Assembly: GCA_010093745.1 (NCBI GenBank)
Contig: MU005960.1
Coordinates: forward strand, 310,636-374,635
Direction of reading: 5' to 3'
Source of the DNA: Piedraia hortae CBS 480.64
Lineage: Eukaryota
Length of the DNA stretch: 64,000 nt
In this document: positions 48,848 through 58,690 of the stretch, piece by piece
Numbering within the stretch: position 1 is the stretch's first letter
Layout of the letters: the number at the start of each line of letters is the position of its first letter
Position numbers and translations under genes: made by a program
The notes under the pieces: generated by a model
Seen by the model: only the letters and a program-made list of their open reading frames with translations
Told to the model about the DNA's origin: nothing
Databases searched by the model: none

Positions 48848-49906
48848 TCAGGGTGGATTCTCATTGTTAGACGTTTTGGCCTTCTTCAAGGGTCGACTTG
48901 ACTGGTCGCCATCAGACAGATCCTTAGATTCCATAGGGTCTGGAAGCATGTGGTTGCACTTTTTGATCTTTGTTGCCAAATAAGATGTATACTCTGGGCC
49001 CTGGATGCCATTGCGGCCACCAGTCTGCCAGGCCAAGGGAATCATGGGCACACGTTCAGCCACATGCACTTCCCGATTCGGGCCCTCAACGGCGCGAATT
49101 TTATCTGGGTTGTTTGTAAGCAGTCGGATTCCTCGGTCACCGCCGAGACCCAGGTCCTGCAGAATTGCAGTGGCGAGGCCGTAAGAGCGTGCATCACCCG
49201 GATGACGGAGCATAAGATTGGCCTCGACCGTGTCGTGGCCTAGGTCCTGCAGATTGTAAGCCTTGAGCTTTTCTTGCAATCCAATGCCGCGGCCTTCTTG
49301 GCGCAGATAGACAATGACGCCACCGTTGATATCGGTCGGCGTTGCTGGCAGACACATGATTCGAGCCGCCTCGTCCAGCTGCTCCCCACAATCGCAGCGG
49401 ATCGACTGAACTGTCTCACCCGTATAGCACTCCGAGTGTATACGCACCAGCGGCGGGACGTTGGCCAGCTCGGGCGATTCCTTCGGCTCCGGGCCTGCGC
49501 TGCTGATTCGACCCGGGTAGAGCCTGGCATGGTAGGCGCCCCGAGTCAATCGGTCGCTCTCTGTCTCGCCCGGCCGCTCCTCGAACAAGCCTTTGCTCCA
49601 TATGTACGGCCCAAAAACGAGAGCCAGATGCTCCTTGTTGTCGACGTTGTTGCTGTAGAGGTGCAGCCACATGTCCTGCCGCCACTTGGTTGGGATGCGC
49701 GCGCGCACCTCACACCGCACCACCGGCAGAGGTGCGTCCAACGCTGAAGGCCTCGGCTCAGATGAGGTTGGAGACGGCACCGCTATGCTGGGCTGCAGCC
49801 CGTCGGCCGACGCTTTAGTGCCGCCGCGGGGAGTGCGCGGCGGCGTTCCCACCGGACTGACCAGCGGCGGCAAGGCATCCTCTTGAGGCTCAAAGAGGTC
49901 CGACAT
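48848..49906 (-). CDS. RIB1: GTP cyclohydrolase II
   Basis: [57 protein letters not shown]. Confidence 0.95.
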   Translation of the reverse strand: MSDLFEPQEDALPPLVSPVGTPPRTPRGGTKASADGLQPSIAVPSPTSSEPRPSALDAPLPVVRCEVRARIPTKWRQDMWLHLYSNNVDNKEHLALVFGPYIWSKGLFEERPGETESDRLTRGAYHARLYPGRISSAGPEPKESPELANVPPLVRIHSECYTGETVQSIRCDCGEQLDEAARIMCLPATPTDINGGVIVYLRQEGRGIGLQEKLKAYNLQDLGHDTVEANLMLRHPGDARSYGLATAILQDLGLGGDRGIRLLTNNPDKIRAVEGPNREVHVAERVPMIPLAWQTGGRNGIQGPEYTSYLATKIKKCNHMLPDPMESKDLSDGDQSSRPLKKAKTSNNENPP

Positions 49907-49982
49907 TTGACTGGGCAGAGGACGGGAGCCGCAAGACTCGAGTATCGCCGGCGGATGGGCTGTGATAGGGCCCTGGGCTGTG

Positions 49983-50015
49983 TAGGGTCAGGATCAGGGT
50001 CAGGGTTCTAGGGTT
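49983..50015 (+). repeat. Degenerate telomere-like hexamer tract in the RIB1/TBC divergent promoter
   Basis: tagggt caggat cagggt cagggt tctagggtt. Confidence 0.5.
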
Positions 50016-50189
50016 GGGCGAACTCTCTGCCAGGAGACAGCGACGGGAGCCAAGCGGCAAGCGGCCAAACATAGATGGCGCCTTCCGCAGAGCCCGTGAT
50101 TAATAGACTTCAGTTTGCGTCTTTATCCCGCGGAACACATGGCGAACTAGCAGTCGCCCAGTGCAGCGTCCGGGACGAGTAAGACCATC

Positions 50190-52310
50190 ATGGCCGGGGC
50201 GTCGACGAAGCTGTCCAGTGGTCCCCGGCCGGCGTCTCCTTTGACAGCAAAATCAAATGGAAACGAGCTGAAAAATGGAACCTCTAGCGGAAGACCGTTG
50301 GAGCGGGCGGAGACGGCGCCGGCGGCGGTGGAAGCAGCGGCGTCCCCTGAGAGCGTCGACTGTAACGTCAAGCCCGAGAACCGACCGACACTGCGCCGTC
50401 CCGTCAAGAGGCCGACGAGCCGGCCCGAGTCCCTACTGTTGTCCCCCAAGCCAAGCGGTCGCGATGAAGGGGTGGAGCGGCCCGGCAAGCGAGGAATGCG
50501 TCGCGGCCTCACCAGTCCGCCCACCGTCTTTGCCCAGCGGTTCTCTTCCCCCCCCTCAGCCCGCAGTCCGTCGGCATCGCCGCCCAATTCCTCAACGCCG
50601 CAGTTTCTTTCGCCCACAACCTCCCATCATCAGGGCTCGTTGTCGAATCCGCTGTCGCGCCGCTCGTCGTGGCAGCCCGGCCGGCGGTTGGTCAAGGACC
50701 TCGAGGCCGAGTACGACAATCACGAGGCCGACAACGAGCTGCCGGACGAGGCGATTCTGGAGAACATCCCCATGGCTGGCTTTCCCACTGCTCCCGCCGA
50801 GTTTCGCTTCCCTCGGTCGTTGTCTTCCAGCCCCCACCGACATCCGTCGCCGCCAATGTTGTCGCCAGTGCATAGCACATTGCACTCAGCCAAGGTGCCA
50901 CGCAATGCGAAGCGTCCGACGGGTCCGCCGCTTTCCGCCGGTCCTCGTTCACCGCGCCACTCAGGTCGCATCCGTCCGCCACGTAGTCTGTCGGCCAGCG
51001 GTCCGCGCGCTAGCCGCGAAATCGTCGATCATCGCCCGGCGTTTTGGAAAAAGGATCTCAACGAAGAATCTCGTCAGCTGTCAGCCGCTCTTGCCGAGTA
51101 TAGCGAACGTATCTCTTCGGAAAAGTGCGCATCAGGCTCTAACAGCGCGAATAGCAGTCCGCCGCGGGACAGCAGCAGCAAATCTCGGCCCGTTTCCCTA
51201 ATCATCGACCGCAACCAGATCCAAAAGGGCAATATTATGATTGATCCGCTGCCGATCAGCAAGGAGAAGGAGGCGGTTTTGTCCCGTACGCGGCCGTCTT
51301 GGCTGCCACCCAAGGACCAGAAGGAGGAGCGACGACACATGAAGCAATGGGAGCAGATGATGGCGCATGCGGCAGAGGCGGAGAGGAAAAAGGCTCAGCG
51401 CCTCAAGATCGAGGCCGAAAACAGGGAAATACAGCAAAACAACATTGCCCGCGTATGGAACGACCATGTGATACCTAGATGGGATGCTGCCGTGCGGGAG
51501 CCGCGAACGCGCGAGCTTTGGTGGCGGGGCGTGGCCAGCGGAGATCGTAGCCTGGTGTGGTCCAAGGCGGTGGGCAACGACTTGCGGCTTTCTCGCGCTT
51601 CCTTTACCGCTGCTTTGGGTCGTGCAGCCGAGCTGGAACAGCAAATGGCGTGTTTGCCGCACGATCAACGTGGCTCCAGCAAGGAAGCTGGTTGGTTTAC
51701 GGCCATCCAGCGGGATGTGCCCAATGTCTTTCCCGAGCTCCAACTCTTTCGCCCCGGGTCGCCCGCTGCTCGTGCCCTGACGGATGTCCTCACGGCGTAT
51801 GCCATGTATCGACCAGATGTTGGCTACGTCTTTGGCACGCATCTTATCGCGGGTCTTCTCTGCGTGCATATGCAGGCACCCGATGCGTTCGTGACACTTG
51901 CAAACCTGCTCAATCGGCCGGCTCCACTCGCATTTCTCGTACACGACCAGGTTACCATGACGCGCACCTACGAGATGGTATTGGCTGGGCTCAAAGACAA
52001 ATTGCCGAGTCTACACGCCCACCTGACCTCGTCAACAATAGGTCTCCAGCCTGATGAATTCCTTGATCCCATTTTCCGCTGCCTGTTTGCATACCACTTG
52101 CGGTCTGAACACGTCAGCCGCATATTCGATATCTATGTTTTTGAGGGCGATTTATTCTTGATGCGTGCAGCAGTGGCAGCCCTTGGCCACTTGGAAAGCA
52201 AGCTTTATGGCTCACGCGAGGAAATTCTCCAGGTTATTGGCTGGAGTAACGAAAGCAGATGGGATCTCGGCTCAGAAGATGACTTCATCACAGAGGTTAG
52301 GGGCCGATGA
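50190..52310 (+). CDS. TBC/Rab-GAP domain protein (TBC1D12/14-like)
   Basis: RPSWLPPKDQKEE, RELWWRGV, IQRDVPNVFPELQLF, AYAMYRPDVGYVFG, RIFDIYVFEG. Confidence 0.88.
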   Translation: MAGASTKLSSGPRPASPLTAKSNGNELKNGTSSGRPLERAETAPAAVEAAASPESVDCNVKPENRPTLRRPVKRPTSRPESLLLSPKPSGRDEGVERPGKRGMRRGLTSPPTVFAQRFSSPPSARSPSASPPNSSTPQFLSPTTSHHQGSLSNPLSRRSSWQPGRRLVKDLEAEYDNHEADNELPDEAILENIPMAGFPTAPAEFRFPRSLSSSPHRHPSPPMLSPVHSTLHSAKVPRNAKRPTGPPLSAGPRSPRHSGRIRPPRSLSASGPRASREIVDHRPAFWKKDLNEESRQLSAALAEYSERISSEKCASGSNSANSSPPRDSSSKSRPVSLIIDRNQIQKGNIMIDPLPISKEKEAVLSRTRPSWLPPKDQKEERRHMKQWEQMMAHAAEAERKKAQRLKIEAENREIQQNNIARVWNDHVIPRWDAAVREPRTRELWWRGVASGDRSLVWSKAVGNDLRLSRASFTAALGRAAELEQQMACLPHDQRGSSKEAGWFTAIQRDVPNVFPELQLFRPGSPAARALTDVLTAYAMYRPDVGYVFGTHLIAGLLCVHMQAPDAFVTLANLLNRPAPLAFLVHDQVTMTRTYEMVLAGLKDKLPSLHAHLTSSTIGLQPDEFLDPIFRCLFAYHLRSEHVSRIFDIYVFEGDLFLMRAAVAALGHLESKLYGSREEILQVIGWSNESRWDLGSEDDFITEVRGR

Positions 52311-53894
52311 GAACGCGTCATGTTAATTCCTATGCTTGTTGGTTATGGCGCTCCGATGGGTCGGTTCATTCGTCATGCCAAGGATTCTTAAGATTTGTAA
52401 TTCTTAAACGATGAGAGATTATATCTACTAACCTAGCAGGAGCGGAAGAGAGATGAGGCCACTGTCAGTTTAAAATCGGAAATGGTCGGAGTCTAAAAGA
52501 AACCGTTTCAACTTCTGTCATGCGAAGCTGTCATAAATTCTGTGCCGTTTTTTTTTGTCCCCCAAATCGTCTCGCAAGTGTAGTGTGCTTGATGGGAAAA
52601 ATCGATTGCTCAGAAAGGTAATGATGTGCCCAAATCTTCAAGAGAGGCAGCACTTGCGCTTCAAAGTAAAAACTCATCCAACCTGTTCCATCGTAGTCCA
52701 TGGTATTCGTATGAACTTTATATAATCCCATGCAATTCCAAAGATCTGCATCGTAGAATCGTAAAACCAATGTCGGGTCTTTAATATTCCTAACATCAAC
52801 ATGCAATGTGTGGCTACCTAGGAGATATACCACCAAGAATATCCCCTGAGAAAAGGTTGTTTTGTGGCCTGGTCTTGGCAAAGCAATATTACGCAATATC
52901 CGGGGTACAGCTATATACCACCTCGGCTATAAATATGGTTACGAGAGAGTCCTTTCAGGCATGTTTTGGATGTCTGAGCCTAATATTGCTCCTGAAAACT
53001 TTTTTCGGTGGGTTGCTCAGTAGGTTGCTAAACAGTCGGAAGACAGTGTGGGCTACATATGATAGCTTGTTAGTATTCGGACAGTTTGAGGTGAGAGCTA
53101 GGTTTTGTACTTCTTGCTGCTCGCTGGTGGAGAGAGCGGAGGGATGCAATGAGTCGTCAGTGAACTTTAATGTGGTATTGCAAATTTCCTAATATTGCTC
53201 TGTAGAAAGCTTTGATACCACACAGGTAGCTCGGTAAAGCCATGGAGCTGTGCTTGTATGTTCACATCTCGACCCCTGCCAAGACTTATAGACCACGGAA
53301 AAGACCTCCTCGTCCGGCTAAAGCTTTGCTCAACGGTGACAGTTATGTACTTTGCGGAACAAAATGTACAGTCGGCTGTCGCTATAGTTGTATGGTGGAG
53401 AAACACAAAAGGTATCATGTTTCATCAGTTTCAAGCAGTAATGGAACGTAAATACACTTGCCGGTGGCCGTGTGTGTCTTCAATGCCCCGATGCCAAACC
53501 TCAGACGGGTCGGTCCGAACGCATTGATGCCTGTAAAGCAATACCCGAAGTCGCCTTTAACTGCATTCGTGCGCAACAGCCCATTGTGCAAGACGATTGT
53601 ATTGATGAGAACGCGTCTCGGAGGCACATCTGACGCGTCACGTAACAGTGCTATATGTTGACTTAAGCGGGACCCACCGATGCCGCGGGTAAAGTTTTAC
53701 AACTCTTGGCGTTGGGCTTGGAATCGCACTTTTCTTTTCTCCCTTCTTGCAACGCAGTTAAGAGTCCTGCACTGAAATCCTTGCACCCTTTTCGACAAAA
53801 CACATTCAAAAAAATCCGACAGATTTCCAATTGTAAGCCAGTGGGCGTCTTGTCTCCACTCGCCTCAGGGCTGACCATCTTAGCTTTTTTCGCC

Positions 53895-54895
53895 ATGCAG
53901 ACCTTTTCTGTTGCCCGCGGTGCCAATGCACAAAACGGCAAGACCATGCATGGCTATAAGGCCCAATTTCATGCCGCTTCGATGGACAAAACAGCCAACT
54001 ATCCCGCCTATGCTCAGCACGCCGGCATGACGGCCAAATATTTCCAACTCCTTTCCCATCGTGTTGGCAATTATACTGGCATTGCTCCACAAGTCAGGCC
54101 GCCAATTGCTGCTGGCGCCGACGACTTCTCTCGGTTCCTCGACGTTTATGTCGCCCCTACCGACAACTTGTGGGCAGTAGCCTGCAACCCGGCCAGCTCT
54201 GCATTTGGAACCGGCAGTACCGAGATGCCGTCCTCAGGCAGCACCATCCCTTCACCTGCCACCATTCTCTCCACCATACCTGACCCCGCCCCTCCGGCCC
54301 TCAAAATCCAGTTAGCTCCCTCCCATCCCTTCCCCCCTTCTCTCTAACCCCCACCAGAAATATCGTCAGCACCGCCAATCTCGACTGCCACCTCGATCTT
54401 AGGCACGTCGCTCTCAACGCCATCAATACCGAGTACAGCCCCAAACGCTCCCCGGGGTTGACGATGCGTTTCCGCGTCCCCCGCGTAACGGGTGTATACT
54501 TCTCCACCGGCCGACTAATCATCTTCGGTGCAAAATCCCTTCGCGAGAACAAACTTGCTGCGCGCAAATTCGGCCGGGTAATCCAGAAGCTGGGCTACTA
54601 TCCGCGGCTGAAAGAGATGAGGATCCGGAACATCGTGGCGACGTTTAGGATGGGGAGGAAGATAGATTGTGTGGCGCTCGCGAAGAGTGAGCACTGGGAG
54701 AAGTGCTTCTATGAGCCGGAGAGGTTCCCGGCTCTGGAGTATGGATATGGGGAGGTGGATGAGAGGGGAAAGCCAGAGGTTACGGTGCGGGTGTTTGAGT
54801 CAGGGAGGGTAACGATAATGGGGGTAGGGTCGGAGGAGAAGTTGGTGGAGGTGTTTGAGAAGATGAAAATTTTGCTGGAGGGGTTTAGGCGTTGA
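53895..54895 (+). CDS. Divergent TATA-binding-protein paralog (TBP-related factor)
   Basis: Intron 54311-54357 (GTTAGC..CTAAC..CAG) joins ORF 53706-54347 to the frame of ORF 54458-54895. This gives both TBP repeats: IQNIVSTANLDCHLDL..EYSPKRS..YFSTGRLIIFGAKS..AARKFGRVIQKLG and IRNIVATF..YEPERFPAL..VFESGRVTIMG. Start codon tentative. Confidence 0.88.
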
Positions 54896-55715
54896 GGGTA
54901 GGGTGGATGAGGTGAAAGCGAATTGGCATCCTGCAGTGGGGTTGGGCGTTTGGGGAGGAAGTGATGAGTTCGTCAGCAAGGTATGGTGGGCTCGGTATGA
55001 TGAGGCGGTGTTCATGGGTACTTCATGTGGACTACGTGCTTGTGAGATTTATGACAAGGTCTCACAGATCTGTGATTCTGTACGCTTTCCAAATAGGTCT
55101 CACCGTCTACCTGTAGGTGGTTATGGTATGAAAGTAACTATGCACCTTCAGGTGGTTGTTCGTAAAGGTCACCCATGAACTTTCATCGTAGCTAGACCCA
55201 AATAGAACATCAAAGAACCGGCGTCACTGCCTTGAACATCTTTTTCTTCGCAGACGATTTTCGTCCAGACTTGTTGTTGCTGTCAGGGTACGCGTTGGAA
55301 CTATGTTGTCGCGCAAGGAGATGGCTCCAGTTGTGCTATCTAACTACAACAGAGAGCGCGGACCCTGTCGGCATTAGCTGTGACAGTTGCTTCTCTTAGC
55401 ATGGTAGAAATGGACGGTTGAATGTCCCCGACCCGATAAGAATTTTTGGAAGATATTCTTGCCAGAAGATATGGTGGATAATGCTAAGATGGATAATTAG
55501 GGGTAGGAAGACTACTTGCGAAAAAGTGAAAAATTAATTACCCAGCAACGTCTTGCTTTCTGTGTGTACATACTTAAATTGGAGTACTCCGTTGAAATGC
55601 GGTCTATCAAGAGGCGAAGGCGGACGAAATCTGACGGTAGGTCTCAAGGCGATTTCTGCTACCCAACAATTTCTTGTTTTCCAGCATTGGCAAAACTCTC
55701 GGTCACTGTACCTAG

Positions 55716-56073
55716 TGTTGGATTCAAGCATTGCCGCTAGCGCGTATGCGGGGCACTTGCATAGCAAGTCAGCGATAGCTATACTACCAGCTGAACCCTA
55801 GGTTTTTTCCTCACAGAGGTTTTCCCTCAGGGTCATGTCATATGTGACATGGTGAATGCGCCCTGCTAGTGTACGACGTGACGTCACCGGCCCACCGGTA
55901 CAGGATTTTCATTCTGACGTCCCCCCAAAGAGATAGGTAGTCATTTCACACTGTCATTTCGACTCTGGTATTTACTCATATACATCTACATCTGTCCTGT
56001 CCCTGATTCCGTCTATCGGTCCGTCCTCTTCGGGTCGCCGCGCACTCTCACCTACGGGAGCTAAATCTCTACA
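55716..56073 (+). mobile_element. LTR family A (no TSD)
   Basis: TGTTGG..CTACA, close to 16263-16625. Flanks CCTAG and GCTCC differ. Confidence 0.88.
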
Positions 56074-56199
56074 GCTCCCGCTAACGTCAATGGAGGCACC
56101 ACCCCCATGGTTGGGAACACGCCAATGATTAAGTAGCCAGCAGCACTCAAAGGAGGAAGATCGATCATTTTCACTTGCCGTTAACTAGTAGTAATAACG

Positions 56200-57507
56200 C
56201 TACATACTCAAAATCCCATTAACATTGCTTGTGTACTGTTGCATGATTGCCTTAATCCTGTGCTCGTTCTGAAGTGAACGGCGCGTACCGGGGCCAGTTA
56301 TTAGATGGTCGAGGCCGTTACCAAGGCCTCGAGCCAGAGCAGAAGTCAGCTTAGAGGTGCAAAACGCCCAGAAGGACCTATCATCCATCGGGAGCGCCGT
56401 CCACAGTTCATTCGACGATGGAACTGCATCATGAAACTGTTCCTGAACCTTGTTAATGTACGCCTCAGCGTGGAAGACGAACAAAGTCTGACCATCTTCC
56501 GAAAACATGCTCCCGAGGCCGCGAAGCAGCGCTTCTCTCCCGCGCCCCTCCATGGCCTGGTTGATGCGTGCGAGCTCACGCTTGATGACGTCTTGGGTTG
56601 CTGACACACGATGGCAGCCGACTTTAGAGTGAAGCTCGGTATCAGGCCGCTTCTGGTATTTGCTGTAGCGGCCACCGATGCGCAGATATTTAAGTCCGCT
56701 CATATTTCCTTGACCAAATGCCACGAGCATGCTATTTGTAGCTGTTCGCCAGTACCTTTTCTCAACAGATGGCACTTGTTGCCAGGGACAAAACGAAGAG
56801 GGTGCTGGATTGTTATGCGCATGGTAGTAGTATAACGACCTGCCGTCAACGGCAAAACGGCTACCAATGAGGCGCAGGAGCCGGGAGGCCTCATCTTCCG
56901 AATCCAGAGTGAGCGTGTATTCGACGAGCTCGGAGAGGTCTTGATGCGACATGTTCTTGTCGAGGATAAGGACTTTGATCGAGTTGTTCTCTTTGCCGTC
57001 GATATTCTCGTTCGAACGGTGCTTGGGGGGCGAGACACTCGTGTCGTCGACAGAGCCGGAACGGCGCCCAATGGCTTCGGCGGAAACATCCCATGTGCCG
57101 TTAAGCAAGGCTTTCTGGTGCGAGTCTTGTTTAGAGGCAGTAAACACAGGCTTGGAGTCCGTGCTGACGATGTCACCGATCTTGTCGGATTGGACATGGA
57201 AATTGCCCGCCAAATAGTTATGCAGGACCTCAGGCTCTAGCGGAGCCAGGCTGCCGGTCATTAGGCTAGTTGTATGGCGCGCCCAGTACATCTGCTGTTC
57301 GCCACCGTCGGCGAGTTTGTTCCAGCGCAAGCCGGCGCTGTAGACGGCTATGGACCATGGTTCCGTGGCTTCGATATGTGGAATCATATGAAACTTCCAA
57401 AGTGTGAGGCCCGTAGGATCGATTTTTCCCTTATTGATAGCGTCTGCGCGGTCGGCGGCAGTCATGGCCTTCCAGGCATTCAGCTTGAATTCTGGATGGA
57501 ATGCCAT
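56200..57507 (-). CDS. Hypothetical protein with degenerate HMG-box-like segments
   Basis: Intact ORF. GLTLWK..AGLRWNKLADGGEQQMYW and ELWTALPMDDRSFW resemble the HMG helix-3 W..L...E...Y/W pattern. Start taken at MAFHPEFK. Confidence 0.6.
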   Translation of the reverse strand: MAFHPEFKLNAWKAMTAADRADAINKGKIDPTGLTLWKFHMIPHIEATEPWSIAVYSAGLRWNKLADGGEQQMYWARHTTSLMTGSLAPLEPEVLHNYLAGNFHVQSDKIGDIVSTDSKPVFTASKQDSHQKALLNGTWDVSAEAIGRRSGSVDDTSVSPPKHRSNENIDGKENNSIKVLILDKNMSHQDLSELVEYTLTLDSEDEASRLLRLIGSRFAVDGRSLYYYHAHNNPAPSSFCPWQQVPSVEKRYWRTATNSMLVAFGQGNMSGLKYLRIGGRYSKYQKRPDTELHSKVGCHRVSATQDVIKRELARINQAMEGRGREALLRGLGSMFSEDGQTLFVFHAEAYINKVQEQFHDAVPSSNELWTALPMDDRSFWAFCTSKLTSALARGLGNGLDHLITGPGTRRSLQNEHRIKAIMQQYTSNVNGILSM

Positions 57508-58199
57508 GCCGCTTCGCGATGTGATGTTATGTGATGGCTCTAAGCGTTGGAAGAGGCAAATCGTCTGCAGTGATGGTTGACGTGTCTGAACGTGGTTGCG
57601 TCGATGGTATTTGGGGGCAGAAAAGAGTGCCGGCCAACATTTTATATATCGAGTCGAAGAATGCACCTCCGACGTGGTGTCGTAGCATTGCAGGCGTCGT
57701 AAATCACAACAATTTAGTGATGACCCATAATACTTTACTACCATGGTCAGTGCACAATCCACCGACGCACTTTACTCTGTTGACGCCGGAAACAATCACC
57801 GCGGACAAAGGCTGTTGACTGCACGTTACCATTAAAATGCATTCGAGCATGTAAGTGGAGGTGATCAAAGATTCTCAATCACCGAGTCCCGCACAACGTA
57901 CCCCACGCACCGGCTTCATCGGTGCGTCGACGCGGTACCTTTGGGGGTTAGTGTGAGGAAAATGGAGGGCGGTGTCGGTGTTCCAATCGAAAAGAAAAAT
58001 GGATCCAGAGCAGGCACATTAAAAAAGCAGGCTTACTTGAGCCAACTGGGTTTTTTGCAGGTGGGACAATTTACTCTGATCAATTATCCTTTTCGTGCAT
58101 TGAGTCAATTTCGTGTAGGTAAGATTTACACGCTAAAGTATGAAAGCTAACTCCATAGCGACGCAGGATGTTCGAGACTTTTTTGTTTATTACATTCTC

Positions 58200-58690
58200 C
58201 ATAACCTCTTCTCCCGCACACATACCCTAATCATGCGGCCTCGCCTGTCTACCCATCTCAATATTCCCTGGTCGTCGATGAAGATACGAGAACGAACCCT
58301 TCTTGTTCCCGTGGACTTTGACAAATTCAACACTCTATTACGTTTCTATCATGGCGAGATAACACAGTCTAATGTCAAGTCTAGCAGATGGACGCCGCAA
58401 CGCATACAGAATGGCTCAAAAGGCGGCGCACGAACCATCTGTAGCTCCTGGGCTTCAGAGGGGATAGGGTACGGGCCATCTTCAGTATCATATGTGTTGT
58501 GTCGGGGAATGATGCACGGACCATTTTGCAACTCTTGGTCCGTGCGACTATTTCTCCCTTAAAACTCCCACTGCCGCGCCAATTTGACTTCTTCTCCACA
58601 ACAACCTCAACCCTTAGCACAGTGTCCACGGCACAAGTTGCTTCCATAGCTTTTGTTGCCATGGCTTCTATCAGCACTTTGCTGCCATGA
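58200..58690. repeat. Old duplicated segment, partner at about 60680-61480
   Basis: tgtcggggaatgatgcacggaccattttgcaactcttggtcc..ttctccacaacaacctca (58499-58609) matches tgccggggatatgtgcacagaccgttttgcaacacatggtcc..tcctccacaagaacctca (61298-61407). Boundaries approximate. Confidence 0.55.

Noticed and set aside
38090..56073. One 18-kb element bounded by two A LTRs capturing TERT, RIB1 and the TBP paralog
   Set aside because: Outer flanks TGATG and GCTCC do not match, the LTRs are clearly diverged and the interior holds ordinary housekeeping genes.
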